DNA from: Puniceicoccaceae bacterium
GTDB lineage: Bacteria; Verrucomicrobiota; Verrucomicrobiia; Opitutales; JAFGAQ01
Direction of reading: 5' to 3'
NCBI GenBank assembly: GCA_040224245.1
Contig: JBEGIR010000026.1
Location: forward strand, 414 to 64,413
Length of the DNA: 64,000 nt
In this document: one piece after another, positions 39,385 to 50,460 of the stretch
How positions within the stretch are numbered: the stretch's first letter is position 1
Layout of the letters: every line of letters begins with the position of its first letter
Notes under the pieces: generated by a model
Seen by the model: the letters and a program-made list of their open reading frames with translations, nothing else
The model's database searches: none
Told to the model about the DNA's origin: nothing
Made by a program: the position numbers and the translations under genes

Positions 39385-41555
39385 TCATGCACGCCCGCAA
39401 TGCGAAAGCATGTGAGTCGTGTCTGGTGGGGAGAGAGTCGGTGCTGCGGCACCTGAACCTGAAACTGGAACGATGGGACTATGTGGTCGCCCTCGCTGGA
39501 AACCCCAACACGGGCAAGAGTACGGTCTTCAATGCGTTGACCGGACTCAAGCAACACACGGGCAACTGGCCGGGCAAGACCATCACCCGCGCAGAGGGTG
39601 GATTTGAATTCGACTCGAAAAAATTCAAACTGGTGGACTTGCCGGGAACCTATTCTCTGCACACCCAATCCCCCGATGAAAGTGTCGCTCGGGATTTCAT
39701 CCTGAACGGACAACCCGATGTCACAGTGGTGGTCTGCGACGCGACCGCAATGACACGCAACCTGAACCTCGCGATCCAGATTCGCCAAATAACGGGACGT
39801 GTCGTCATCGCGCTCAACCTCATGGACGAGGCGCGCCGGAGTGGTATCGAAATCGACTGCGAGGAACTATCGCATGAACTCCAGGTTCCGGTGATTCCCA
39901 TGGTCGCTCGTCGAAAAGAAGGACTCGAAGCCCTGATGCAGGCTGTCGCGGATTGCGCAACTGATGGCACCCCGCCATCGCCGCTTCCAGTCGAGTGGCT
40001 CAACGCCGAAGCGAGGAATTGTTTCTCACAAACCCGCACTGCGCTGGCGGCACATCTGCCGGACACCCAAACACTGGACTGGCTGACACTTCGAGTACTA
40101 CAGGGATTTTCGTCGGAATTGCAGGAATATCTGGCCCCGGAAATCCTCGACCCCATCGCCCAACAGGTTCGCCAGGATATTTCCGAACATCGGCTTCAGA
40201 TTGACGATCAGGTGACGGGTGCGATCTTCGCCAAGGCCGATGCCATCAGTGCCCGAATTTGCAGGGAAAACCACTCGATGAACTACCTTCGCATGAAGGC
40301 ATGGCTGGACACCCTGCTCATCGGAAAATGGACAGGCATCCCCATCATGGCACTGATGTTTGCTGGAGTGCTGTGGTTGACTATTGTCGGTTCCAACTAT
40401 CCCTCATCCATGCTTTCAACGCTTCTGGTAGAGCATGGCTACACCCTACTGCGCACGGGTGCGGAACAACTCTCACTGCCACAGTGGCTGATCGGACTCT
40501 TCGTTGACGGCATGTACCTCACTGTCGCCTGGGTTGTCAGCGTCATGCTGCCTCCCATGGCCATTTTTTTTCCATTATTTACCCTGCTGGAAGATTTTGG
40601 ATATCTGCCCCGGGTTGCGTTTAACCTCGACGGATTGTTCAAAAAATCGGGCGCGCACGGCAAACAGGCGCTGACCATGGCGATGGGCTATGGATGCAAC
40701 GCCGCAGGCGTGATCGCCGCACGCATCATCGAATCCCCCCGAGAGCGACTGGTTGCAATTCTGACCAACAATTTTGCACTCTGCAATGGCCGATGGCCAA
40801 CCCAGATTCTGATCGCATCACTCTTCATCGGCGCACTGGTGCCAGCGCACTATGCGGGCCTCGTCTCTGCATTTGCTGTGGCAGCAGTGGCCTTTCTGGG
40901 TGTTTTGCTGACCTTTCTGTCATCGTGGCTGCTAAGCCGCACGCTGCTTCGTGGCGAAAGCTCGGCCTTCAGCCTCGAACTGCCACCCTATCGCCCTCCC
41001 CAGATCCTGCGCACCCTTTATGTATCCCTCATTGACCGTACCCTGTTTGTGCTTTGGCGAGCTATTGTCTTCGCCGCACCCGCCGGGATTGTGATCTGGG
41101 GCATTTCCAATCTGCAAATCGGAGACCAGTCATTGGCCCTGCATGCCATCGCATGGCTGGATCCCATCGCTATGGTCTTTGGACTCACGGGAGTGATCCT
41201 GTTGGCCTATCTGATTGCGATTCCGGCCAACGAGATTGTGATTCCAACCATCCTCATGCTCACGGTTATGCAGACCGGGCTATCCATTGATGGCGCCTCG
41301 GGTGCGGGCGTGATGTTCGAAAGTGAAGAATTTCATGCGCTCAGTGCATTGCTGACCGCCGGAGGATGGACAACCCTGACTGCGGTTTGCCTCATGCTAT
41401 TCAGCCTGTGCCACAATCCCTGCTCGACCACCATCTTCACCATCTACAAAGAGACGCACAGTGTGAAATGGACTACAGTTGCCACATTGATGCCGCTCGC
41501 CTTTGGATTTGGCATTTGCGCGCTCGTCGCTACCCTCTGGCGAGGGATCGCCTGA
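39381..41555 (+). CDS. feoB: Ferrous iron transporter FeoB
   Basis: N-terminal G-domain (GNPNTGKSTVFNALTG, DLPGTYSL, NLMD), followed by a polytopic membrane domain with gate motifs. Confidence 0.95.
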   Translation: MIMHARNAKACESCLVGRESVLRHLNLKLERWDYVVALAGNPNTGKSTVFNALTGLKQHTGNWPGKTITRAEGGFEFDSKKFKLVDLPGTYSLHTQSPDESVARDFILNGQPDVTVVVCDATAMTRNLNLAIQIRQITGRVVIALNLMDEARRSGIEIDCEELSHELQVPVIPMVARRKEGLEALMQAVADCATDGTPPSPLPVEWLNAEARNCFSQTRTALAAHLPDTQTLDWLTLRVLQGFSSELQEYLAPEILDPIAQQVRQDISEHRLQIDDQVTGAIFAKADAISARICRENHSMNYLRMKAWLDTLLIGKWTGIPIMALMFAGVLWLTIVGSNYPSSMLSTLLVEHGYTLLRTGAEQLSLPQWLIGLFVDGMYLTVAWVVSVMLPPMAIFFPLFTLLEDFGYLPRVAFNLDGLFKKSGAHGKQALTMAMGYGCNAAGVIAARIIESPRERLVAILTNNFALCNGRWPTQILIASLFIGALVPAHYAGLVSAFAVAAVAFLGVLLTFLSSWLLSRTLLRGESSAFSLELPPYRPPQILRTLYVSLIDRTLFVLWRAIVFAAPAGIVIWGISNLQIGDQSLALHAIAWLDPIAMVFGLTGVILLAYLIAIPANEIVIPTILMLTVMQTGLSIDGASGAGVMFESEEFHALSALLTAGGWTTLTAVCLMLFSLCHNPCSTTIFTIYKETHSVKWTTVATLMPLAFGFGICALVATLWRGIA

Positions 41556-41618
41556 CCCCCTGCCTCAGAACAACAAGGCCTGGCTAACCTCCATCTGCGC
41601 AAAAGCGCTGACCCCAGC

Positions 41619-43616
41619 TCACGCGTCTGGCAAAGGATCCGACTGCTCGGCTTCCATCAGTTCACACTGTGCCTGTTCCCACTCCTCCATGGCTGACTCC
41701 AGATCGCGCTTTGCCTGATCGTAGGCCTGGAGATCACGCTGCTGATCCGGTCGGTTGGAAAAGAAGGAAGGGTCTTTCATGCGCTCCTCCCAGTTCTGAA
41801 CCTCCTGCTCAAGCTCAAGCGCACGCTGTTCCCACTGCTGCACCGCTGCCCGAAGCGGACGCAGGCGAGCCTGTCGCTCAGCGCGCAATTTGCGTATCAA
41901 CTTTGGATTGCTGCTGCTCGAAGCATCATTGGTGCCTGCTGCCTCAGAAACCCGACCTGCGGTGGGCACACGCGCTTCTTCTTCCACCTTTTCAAGATAC
42001 TCCGACACGTTGCACCAGAACATGCGGTGCCCCCGTGGATTGATTTCGAGGGTCTGCTGCACGATGGGGTCGAGAAAATCGCGATCATGGGAAATGATGA
42101 AAAACGCTCCTTCGTAGCACTGCAATGCCTGCTGCAGAATCGCTTTGCTCTGAATGTCGAGGTGATTGGTCGGCTCGTCGAGGATCAGAAAATTCGCTGG
42201 TTTGAGCAACATGCGGGCCAGTGCCAGGCGATTCTTCTCCCCACCGCTGAGCACGGCCACCTTTTTGAACACCGCATCACCGGAGAACAGGAATGAACCG
42301 AGGATGTCCCGCGCACTTTGCTCCCGCGTACACCCACTTCCCATCGCTGACTGCAGCACACTTTGCTCGGGATCGAGCTGATCCGTCTGGTGCTGGGCAA
42401 AATAACTCAACTGTGTTTTTTCCCCAAGTTGAATCTGCCCCTGATCCGGAGCTTCCTGGCCCGCAATCATGCGCGCAAGCGTGGACTTGCCAGCACCATT
42501 GGCACCAACAACAGCGAGTCGCTGACCGCGCTCAAGTTTGAGATCAAAGCCATCAAACAGGCGAATGGGACCGTAAGCCTTACAGATCTGCTGCACGGAC
42601 ACGATGACCTGATTGCTTCGCGGAGGCTCCGGAAAGCGGAAAAACACAGAAGATTCATCCTCTTCCACCTCGATTCGATCAATCTTTTCGAGCTGCTTGA
42701 TACGACTCTGAACCTGTGAGGCCTTGGATGCCTTTGCACGGAAGCGGTTGATGAATCGCTCGGTGCTCTCAATCTGTCGCTCCTGCGTTTCCTTTTGCGC
42801 AAGCAACTGTTCCCTTCGGATGCGTCGCTGCTGCTCGTAGTAGGAATAATTCCCCGCATAGACCTCCAGCTTTCCACGCGAAAGCGCATACGTGCGATTG
42901 GTCAGCAGATCGAGAAATGCGCGATCATGAGAAATCAGAACCAACCCGCCCCCGTAAGACTGCAGGAAGTTTTCCAGCCAGCGCTGTGACGGCAAATCCA
43001 AGTGATTGGTCGGTTCATCCAGCAGCAAGTAGTCCGGGTGTTGCAGCAGCAGTTTGGCGAGCGCGATGCGCATTTGCCAGCCACCAGAAAATTCCGATGT
43101 CGAACGTGACAGGTCCGAGTGTGAAAATCCGAGTCCAAACAATATCTTCTCTGCACGAGCTCTCAATTTGTGGGATTCACGGAGCCTGAGTTCATCCTCA
43201 ATGCGACGGATGACCTCCCACACATCGGATTCGGTATCCTCTGCCTTTGAAACCGCCTCTGACCCCATCTCGGCTACCTCCGCATAAGCCTGCTCCAGGT
43301 GGCGCTGTAGATCCTGAATGGAAGTCTCCGCCGCCTCGACTTCCTCGATGAGCAGTTTTCCTTCGCCCGATATGCCATCCTGTGGAAGATAGCCGATGGA
43401 GATGCCCTTTCCGATGGTCACCCGACCACCATCCAGTTCCATGCTTCCCAGTAGAACCTTCAAAAAACTGGTTTTACCCGCACCATTGCGACCGGCAAGG
43501 CCGATGCGATCACGCGTTGAAAGGTTGCAGGTGATGTCATCAAAAATCACCTGGGGTCCAAATCGCAACGACAATGCATGCACCTCAATCACGTCGGCAG
43601 CATGCAGTGAAATCAC
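41619..43616 (-). CDS. ABC-F family ATPase (Uup/YheS-like, tandem ABC domains, C-terminal coiled coil)
   Basis: Two Walker A motifs (GRNGAGKTS, GANGAGKST) and two LSGGxxxR signatures (FSGGWQMRIALA, LSGGEKNRLALA). The track ORF reaches 43796 but overlaps the upstream gene, so the GTG at 43616 is a plausible start. Confidence 0.9.
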   Translation of the reverse strand: MISLHAADVIEVHALSLRFGPQVIFDDITCNLSTRDRIGLAGRNGAGKTSFLKVLLGSMELDGGRVTIGKGISIGYLPQDGISGEGKLLIEEVEAAETSIQDLQRHLEQAYAEVAEMGSEAVSKAEDTESDVWEVIRRIEDELRLRESHKLRARAEKILFGLGFSHSDLSRSTSEFSGGWQMRIALAKLLLQHPDYLLLDEPTNHLDLPSQRWLENFLQSYGGGLVLISHDRAFLDLLTNRTYALSRGKLEVYAGNYSYYEQQRRIRREQLLAQKETQERQIESTERFINRFRAKASKASQVQSRIKQLEKIDRIEVEEDESSVFFRFPEPPRSNQVIVSVQQICKAYGPIRLFDGFDLKLERGQRLAVVGANGAGKSTLARMIAGQEAPDQGQIQLGEKTQLSYFAQHQTDQLDPEQSVLQSAMGSGCTREQSARDILGSFLFSGDAVFKKVAVLSGGEKNRLALARMLLKPANFLILDEPTNHLDIQSKAILQQALQCYEGAFFIISHDRDFLDPIVQQTLEINPRGHRMFWCNVSEYLEKVEEEARVPTAGRVSEAAGTNDASSSSNPKLIRKLRAERQARLRPLRAAVQQWEQRALELEQEVQNWEERMKDPSFFSNRPDQQRDLQAYDQAKRDLESAMEEWEQAQCELMEAEQSDPLPDA

Positions 43617-43686
43617 CGCTCGGGTAAAGTCTTTTTCACGGGAGATGGCACCGTTATCCTCAGCGGAAGCTTGGCGAGCCGGCGGG

Positions 43687-44799
43687 TCAAGGAAGCTGAT
43701 CCAACAGCTTGCGCGCCTCCCGATAGGTATCCCGATCCCACTCAGACCGAACGACTTCCAGATAGGAGCGCGCCCGGTCGATTTCGTCCAACTCAATGAG
43801 GCATTGTGCCATTTTCAATGGCAGTAAATAGAAGTATTCCTGCTCCACCATTTCTGCCGTCAGCCGCTTCTGCAACCGTTGGTACTCCTCAACAGCCTCC
43901 TGATAAAAATGCTCCCCCTGAAGAATCGTGCCGATGCGAAATGAACTCCAGTTGCCGATATCCTCCGCACCCGCCTGGTATGCAAGATCCCGACTGCGTT
44001 GGTACACTTCGAGCGCATCCAATGGCTTGTGGTTGATCTGGTGGGAACGCCCGAGAAAATAGGCAAACAGAGGATTCGCCGGGTATTGCCGGACCAGGGG
44101 TTCAAATCCGGCGATGGCCTTTGGCCCGTCCTCCGCAATACTGTAGTGAAAATAGGCCACATAGTAGCTGGCCTCCACGATGGTCCACTCCCCTTCTTCC
44201 ATGCAGCGCTGAAGCTTTTCGATTCCCGCCTGCGCTGCACCGCGAAAGCCCAGTAATCGGGCAAGCGGTTTCAGCAGAGTCGGTGCATCTGAAAGAAAAG
44301 CTTCCGCAACGCCCAATGCAAAATAGGCGTCAGCATAATTGGGTTCTTCTTCAACCAGTGAACGCAGGATGCTCAAGCCCTCCCGTGCATCGAGATAGGC
44401 ACGAAACCACGAAGATTCCTCCACATAAAACCGGGCGCGGTTGCAGCGGTTGACGCCATAAAAAAACCGCGCCTGCAGGTCGGATTTGTCTTCTTTGTAC
44501 CAGCGCTGCGCAAGATCAATGGACTCCGAAAGTCGCTCCTCCGCACGTTTGCGTTTGGCTTCGTCAATTCGATCAGCCTGATAAATCCAGTAGGCAGCAG
44601 TCGATGCCACAAACGCATGCACGGGATCATTCCGGTCAAAAGCCTCGGATTCATACCAGTCAAACGCCTGTTGCTCAAAATTGTAGGCCCGTTCGATTGA
44701 TTCCATCAACCGCTCCCGTTCCACCTCAGAAGCGGCCATACTCCATCCGCCAAGAAGGAGGCATATCCTTAAGATGCAACTGAATCGTGAGCAAAACAT
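43687..44799 (-). CDS. Hypothetical TPR-like helical-repeat protein with a signal peptide
   Basis: Hydrophobic N-terminus and repeated Ala/Tyr-rich helical hairpins (YADAYFALGVAEAF, YYVAYFHYSIAE). No catalytic motifs recognised. Confidence 0.5.
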   Translation of the reverse strand: MFCSRFSCILRICLLLGGWSMAASEVERERLMESIERAYNFEQQAFDWYESEAFDRNDPVHAFVASTAAYWIYQADRIDEAKRKRAEERLSESIDLAQRWYKEDKSDLQARFFYGVNRCNRARFYVEESSWFRAYLDAREGLSILRSLVEEEPNYADAYFALGVAEAFLSDAPTLLKPLARLLGFRGAAQAGIEKLQRCMEEGEWTIVEASYYVAYFHYSIAEDGPKAIAGFEPLVRQYPANPLFAYFLGRSHQINHKPLDALEVYQRSRDLAYQAGAEDIGNWSSFRIGTILQGEHFYQEAVEEYQRLQKRLTAEMVEQEYFYLLPLKMAQCLIELDEIDRARSYLEVVRSEWDRDTYREARKLLDQLP

Positions 44800-44936
44800 G
44801 AGGGTCTATTTAGAAAGCTGATATGAGCACGTGAGAAGGACGCAATGCGAACGCCAAAGGTTCTGTAGAAACTGAAATCGTTTTTTCGTACATGCAACCC
44901 TGCACAGGATTCCATGCAAAACAATATTGTCACGAT

Positions 44937-45986
44937 TCAGGATCGTTGGGTGGCGAGATATTGCCGGATCCTCTGCTCCCACACCCAAGCCGAACGCAAG
45001 GAATCGGCCAGTGATGTTTCGGCTTTCCAACCCAGCACTTCATTGGCGACACGTGTATCCGCCCAGACCTGCTCCACATCACCAGCTCTGCGTCCGACGA
45101 TGCGGTGAGGCACCTTCACACCTGTCACCGATTCAAAGGTTTGAATCACTTCGAGGACCGACACTCCCCTGCCAGTTCCAAGATTAAAGAATTCAAAAGA
45201 TTTCGAAGTCTTGCCCTGCAACAGACGGTCGACTGCCACCACATGTGCTTTTGCCAAATCAACCACATGGATGTAATCGCGGATACAGGACCCATCGGGA
45301 GTTTGGTAATCATTTCCAAAAACCTGGAGTTCCTTTCGCAATCCCAGTGCAGTTTGTGTCACAAATGGCACCAGATTATTGGGAACCCCACGGGGAAGTT
45401 CACCAATCAACCCGGATTCGTGAGCACCGATCGGGTTGAAATAACGCAGAGCGATGCTCTTCAGAGATGCACTTGCGCGAACCGTATCCGCGATGATCTC
45501 CTCACAGATTTGCTTTGTATTGCCATAGGGGGATTCGGCTTTTTTGATGGGAGCACTTTCATCCACGGGTAGTTGATCAGGCTGGCCATAAACCGTGCAG
45601 GAAGAGGAAAAAACCATATTCGCGATCTGGTGATCCTGCATGTTTTCGAGCAGGTGCAGCAGCGATGTCAGGTTATTGCGATAGTACAACAGTGGGTTTT
45701 CCACACTTTCACCGACCGCCTTGCTCGCTGCAAAATGCACGATACCCTGCAGATCTGAAAACCGTCCCATGAACACTTTCACGGCTTGGCGATCAGCAAG
45801 ATCCACCTGCTCAAACACGCAATCTTTTCCGGAGATCTCGCGGATGCGATCCAGAACAAAGGGTTCGGAATTTGAAAAATTGTCAACGATCACTACCTCG
45901 TATCCGGCAGCCATCAATTCAACTGCGGTGTGCGAACCAATGTATCCAGTTCCACCCGTCACGAGTATTCTTCCCTTGGATTTCAT
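44937..45986 (-). CDS. galE: UDP-glucose 4-epimerase
   Basis: ILVTGGTGYIGSH Rossmann motif, SSSCTVYG and YGNTK (YxxxK). Confidence 0.9.
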   Translation of the reverse strand: MKSKGRILVTGGTGYIGSHTAVELMAAGYEVVIVDNFSNSEPFVLDRIREISGKDCVFEQVDLADRQAVKVFMGRFSDLQGIVHFAASKAVGESVENPLLYYRNNLTSLLHLLENMQDHQIANMVFSSSCTVYGQPDQLPVDESAPIKKAESPYGNTKQICEEIIADTVRASASLKSIALRYFNPIGAHESGLIGELPRGVPNNLVPFVTQTALGLRKELQVFGNDYQTPDGSCIRDYIHVVDLAKAHVVAVDRLLQGKTSKSFEFFNLGTGRGVSVLEVIQTFESVTGVKVPHRIVGRRAGDVEQVWADTRVANEVLGWKAETSLADSLRSAWVWEQRIRQYLATQRS

Positions 45987-46219
45987 AGCTTTCCTGTGTG
46001 TTAAACTTCACCTAATCAGAGCGATGCGATTCAGGAAAGTCCTATTTTAACAATTCCGTCGCACAGGTGGAAGGAGAAGAAAATCCATACAGCGGAAGCT
46101 TGCAGCTCACGTTCATCCGAAGTAGCGGGAGCTTCCATCTCGCGCCTCACCCTGTGCAATTCCCTTCCTCCCACCTTCAACGTTGACTCTGCAATCAAAC
46201 TTCCAGCTTCGCTCATTGC

Positions 46220-47386
46220 TTGCAACAATTCCAAACGACCCTTCGTCTAGGAAAAGACATGCACGTTCACGCACCCAACACCCTTTCCGCAGCCAGCCCT
46301 GTTCAACCCCTGGCGTCAACGTTCCTTGCACGATTCACCGTCCTGGTCGCGCTGGTACTGATGGCAATGCAAACTGCATGCAATCCTTTCGCCAAAAAAG
46401 CTCCCGAGCTTGAACAACTGATGGATGCAGATTCCATGGCGGTGCTCTGGTGGGATGTTGCCGCAACTCCCATGGATTGGGAAAAAATCCGCAAAACCTG
46501 GCAGCAACACGAACCCGCCATGCGTGATGCACTGGGGGATGGTTTCAGCGATTCTCTCGAATCCGCTGGCATTCAGCCTGAAGATTTTTCCAAATTCATT
46601 CTGGTCGCTGACACACTGGATTTCTCTGAAAATGGAGACATCGAAGAGGCGTTGCTATCAGCATCGTGGATTCTCGGCATCGACTTGAACGGATACCTGG
46701 CGGCGGATGTGCTTGCGTTTGCCATCAATGCTCAAAGCGCACGCACCGGGCTGACAGCGCGCCAGTCAAGCAGTGAATCCCCCGGATTTGAACGAGTGGA
46801 TCTGTATGATACGGAGAGCCATACCCTGCGCTACTCGATTGCGGTCTTTGCAGCAGAAACCACCCAACTGCGCATCGGCACTCCCGAGAGGGTTCTGCGT
46901 TCGATTCATGCCCAGCCCGATGATCGCATGCCCATGCCCGAACCAACGCTTGCCCAGGAACCTTTCTGGTTTTTACTCAACACACCTGAAGCCCTTGCCG
47001 CGCAAGCTCGGGAATGGGAGAGCGCTCTGCCCATTGACACGGGCATGCTGTTGAGGGGGTTTGAATCCCTTCGAATCGCCAGCCAATGGAACGGTCAGGC
47101 ACTGGAATCCGTCGTCAGCCTTAACTTCGAAAACATCGACGGCGCAGACACTGCCTACTCCATCCTGAACCTGGCCCATCGCTTTGCGTTCAAGCCCGTC
47201 CTTCGCAAAAGCATCGGTGACGCCGATCACTTTCTACGGTCCCTTCGGCTCGAACGCAGAGGAACCCACGTGCACTACCGCTCGCGCTTGAACCCGGAAG
47301 ACGCCGCCGTCATACAGGCCTGGGCCGAACGCATGAACGCCTCGCCCGTTGTGCAGTTTGCTTTGGATTTGATTCAGACTCCCTGA
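46220..47386 (+). CDS. Hypothetical exported protein or lipoprotein
   Basis: Hydrophobic leader ending ...LMAMQTAC (a possible lipobox Cys). No recognisable domains, and the start is uncertain. Confidence 0.45.
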   Translation: MQQFQTTLRLGKDMHVHAPNTLSAASPVQPLASTFLARFTVLVALVLMAMQTACNPFAKKAPELEQLMDADSMAVLWWDVAATPMDWEKIRKTWQQHEPAMRDALGDGFSDSLESAGIQPEDFSKFILVADTLDFSENGDIEEALLSASWILGIDLNGYLAADVLAFAINAQSARTGLTARQSSSESPGFERVDLYDTESHTLRYSIAVFAAETTQLRIGTPERVLRSIHAQPDDRMPMPEPTLAQEPFWFLLNTPEALAAQAREWESALPIDTGMLLRGFESLRIASQWNGQALESVVSLNFENIDGADTAYSILNLAHRFAFKPVLRKSIGDADHFLRSLRLERRGTHVHYRSRLNPEDAAVIQAWAERMNASPVVQFALDLIQTP

Positions 47387-47403
47387 TTCGCCAAGGTGGG
47401 CGC

Positions 47404-48501
47404 ATGTCGCGGATTCTCGTAGGTATGTCAGGTGGAGTGGACTCCACAGTTGCGGCCCTGCTACTGATCAAGCAGGGGCACGAGGTTTCCGGTGCCTACA
47501 TCAAGACCTGGGCCAATGAATATGATGTGTTCGGAGATTGCCCGGCAACAGAAGACATCGAATACGCCAGCTCCGCGTGCAAGCAGCTCGGAATCGATTT
47601 TGAGGTCGTCAATCTGGTCGACACCTACCATGAACAGGTCGTGCAATACCTGGTCGATGGCTACCGTCGCGGCATCACACCGAACCCGGACATCATGTGC
47701 AACCGTGAGATCAAGTTTGGTGCCTTTCTTCAATATGCGCTGAAGCAGGGTTATGAATCCGTTGCCACGGGACACTACTGTCAGCGCGTTCAGCACAATG
47801 CTCTCCCATGGATCGCCGAGGGAGTCGACTCGAACAAAGACCAGTCCTACTTCCTTGCCATGGTGACATCCGGGCAGCTTCGGCATGCACAATTTCCCGT
47901 GGGGGCACTGACCAAACCGGAAGTGCGACAGCTTGCCGCAACACATCAATTCCCCAACGCCAACCGAAAGGACAGTCAAGGAATCTGCTTTCTCGGCAAG
48001 GTAAAAATCAATGATTTCCTGCGAAGCTACATCCCCGACAAACCAGGTGCGATTGTTAACCTGCAAGGGAAGTTGCTTGGTGAACATCAGGGATTGCACC
48101 ACTACACCATCGGACAGCGCAAGGGCATTGGCATTCCCAGCAATCATGACTTCAAGGCCTACGTGGTGATTGCAAAGGATCTCGAACGCAACGAACTGAT
48201 CGTCGCATTTGACGAAGCGGATACCCCGGGACTGTACTGCGAATGGGTGCGCGTGCACAGTGTTTCCCATGTGACCCTCCCATTTCTCGGCGAGATCTCT
48301 CCGCTGACCTGCAGGGTTCGCTACCGCGATCCCAAAGTTGCCATCCAACAGGTCGAAGCGCTCGATGATGGTTCATACAAGGTGCATTTTGCACAACCAC
48401 AGCGAGCACTTGCAGCGGGTCAGGTGCTTGCGTTTTACGAAGACAACCGACTCCTGGGTGGAGCCATCATGATTCCTCCCCACTTCCATCCGCAGGACTG
48501 A
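47404..48501 (+). CDS. mnmA: tRNA 2-thiouridine(34) synthase
   Basis: PP-loop VGMSGGVDSTVAA, NPDIMCN, ATGHY, KDQSYFL and GICF. Confidence 0.95.
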   Translation: MSRILVGMSGGVDSTVAALLLIKQGHEVSGAYIKTWANEYDVFGDCPATEDIEYASSACKQLGIDFEVVNLVDTYHEQVVQYLVDGYRRGITPNPDIMCNREIKFGAFLQYALKQGYESVATGHYCQRVQHNALPWIAEGVDSNKDQSYFLAMVTSGQLRHAQFPVGALTKPEVRQLAATHQFPNANRKDSQGICFLGKVKINDFLRSYIPDKPGAIVNLQGKLLGEHQGLHHYTIGQRKGIGIPSNHDFKAYVVIAKDLERNELIVAFDEADTPGLYCEWVRVHSVSHVTLPFLGEISPLTCRVRYRDPKVAIQQVEALDDGSYKVHFAQPQRALAAGQVLAFYEDNRLLGGAIMIPPHFHPQD

Positions 48502-48550
48502 GCAGGGAACGGCATTGCCAGCCGCAGGCAGTGAAGGCTGCGGATCAACT

Positions 48551-50374
48551 TCAATCGGGCCAGACGTAGGCTTCCATGTCGGGAGGAACAGTGGCCAACG
48601 CCTCTTCCATCGTCGTAACCCCTTCCTTCACTTTGAGAATACAGTCCTGATGCAGTGTTTTCATGCCATTGCGCATGGCGATGCGCTTGAGTTCGGCAGT
48701 TTCGAGTCCATCGTTGATGCCTTTGACCAGTTCTTCCGTCACGAGCATCAACTCGTGTACACCGACACGTCCCTTGTATCCACCCGTAGCTGCATTGGGT
48801 CCCGTTGCGCTGGCGCGGTAGATTTCTCCGACCCAGCGCAATGCACGCTCGATGATCTCGGCCTCATTTCCCTCTGGCACATAAGGTTCACGGGAAATCT
48901 TGCAAACCCTCCGCATGAGGCGCTGGGCGCAGACGCAGAGCAGGGATGCCGAAATCATGAACGGTTCGATGTTCATGTCCGTCAGTCGAGCCACCGCACT
49001 GGGCGCATCATTGGTGTGCAGAGTACTGAAGAGCAAATGCCCGGTCAGCGCCGCCTCAACTGCAATCTGTGCGGTTTCTTTGTCACGAATTTCCCCCACC
49101 AGAATGATATCCGGGTCCTGGCGGAGAAAGGCGCGCAGCGCGGCAGCAAACGTTAACCCGATCTTTCGATTCATCTGCATCTGGCAAAGACCGTTGAGTG
49201 TGTATTCAATGGGGTCCTCGGCCGTGCGAATGTTGATGTCGGGTGTATTGATCTCGTTGAGTGCAGAATACAGGGTCATGGATTTCCCCGAACCGGTGGG
49301 TCCGCAATGCAAGATCATGCCATAGGGACGCTGAATAACGTCACGGTAGCGCGTGAGATTGAATTCTGAAAATCCGAGAGCAGTGAGTGGCAGCGTACTC
49401 TTCTGTTTGTCCAGGATTCGCATGACCACCCCTTCACCATGGTTGAGCGGTGCGGTCGCTACCCGGAGGTCAATGTCGATGCCTTTGCGATTGAATTGCT
49501 TGTACACGATGCGCCCATCCTGAGGGATGCGTTTCTCAGCAATGTCCAGATTTGCCATCACCTTGAGTCGCGCAAGCAGTGAACTGCACACCTTTACCGG
49601 AATATTCAGCTTCTCCTGGCAAACACCGTCCACGCGCACTCGCACGCGTGCTTCGTTTTCAAAAGGTTCGTTGTGGATATCACTTCCGCCTGAATAATAA
49701 GCGTCTTCGATGATTCGATTGGCCAACTGAATGATGGGTGCCGACTCTTCCGATCCCTCATCATCCTCCTCAAAAACCGAATCCTCGATCTGGAACTCCA
49801 TACCGAGCTTCTCAACCACGTCACTGAACCCGATCGAAGCAGGATTCTGCTCAGGTTCCGATAGAATGTGATCGAGAACACCCTCAAGCGCGAGCAGTAC
49901 AACCACTCGCATCCGTGTTTTCTGGGCAATCTGATTCGTGAGCTGCAGTTTGAAAGGGCTGTTGAGTGCGACAACAAAATACTCCCCTACGACTCCGACC
50001 GGAAGCACCTTGTTCTCGAAACAAAAATCCCGGTCAAGCTTCTCAAATGTGAATTCATCAATGACAAAATTCCGAGCATTGAAGGGGTGCAGATCAAAGG
50101 CCCTTGCGCGTGCAATCAAGAGGGTTTCATCCGTGACACGGTGCTCTTCAAGCAGGAGTTTTTCGATCGCATCTCCCGACAAATCATTCTCAGAATTGAT
50201 GATGGAATCAGCGACATTGGGCGCGAGCACATTCAAATCCACCAGTTCCCGGATGATTTTGGTTTGGATTCTTCCTAAAGGCACAGCAACAGATCTGGGA
50301 ATTATACAAGTGAGTCGAACCGAGGCATTTGGCCATTTGATTCCATCACGGACGAGACAAAAACTGGGGAGCAC
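48551..50374 (-). CDS. GspE/PilB-family ATPase (paralog 3)
   Basis: SDIHNEP, Walker [13 protein letters not shown] and [15 protein letters not shown]. Lies directly downstream of a GspF-family gene. Confidence 0.9.
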   Translation of the reverse strand: MLPSFCLVRDGIKWPNASVRLTCIIPRSVAVPLGRIQTKIIRELVDLNVLAPNVADSIINSENDLSGDAIEKLLLEEHRVTDETLLIARARAFDLHPFNARNFVIDEFTFEKLDRDFCFENKVLPVGVVGEYFVVALNSPFKLQLTNQIAQKTRMRVVVLLALEGVLDHILSEPEQNPASIGFSDVVEKLGMEFQIEDSVFEEDDEGSEESAPIIQLANRIIEDAYYSGGSDIHNEPFENEARVRVRVDGVCQEKLNIPVKVCSSLLARLKVMANLDIAEKRIPQDGRIVYKQFNRKGIDIDLRVATAPLNHGEGVVMRILDKQKSTLPLTALGFSEFNLTRYRDVIQRPYGMILHCGPTGSGKSMTLYSALNEINTPDINIRTAEDPIEYTLNGLCQMQMNRKIGLTFAAALRAFLRQDPDIILVGEIRDKETAQIAVEAALTGHLLFSTLHTNDAPSAVARLTDMNIEPFMISASLLCVCAQRLMRRVCKISREPYVPEGNEAEIIERALRWVGEIYRASATGPNAATGGYKGRVGVHELMLVTEELVKGINDGLETAELKRIAMRNGMKTLHQDCILKVKEGVTTMEEALATVPPDMEAYVWPD

Positions 50375-50460
50375 TCTACGTCACCGACTCCCTGAAATCA
50401 AGCTGCCATCGCCACAGGATCGCAAGTATTTCGTCGCGACCCAACAAAGCAAAGCGGGTT

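Noticed and set aside
48522-48543. Hairpin CCGCAG-N10-CTGCGG between convergent mnmA and gspE, considered as a bidirectional terminator.
   Set aside because: The stem is short (6 bp), the loop is large, and there is no T/A tract on either side. That is too weak to annotate.
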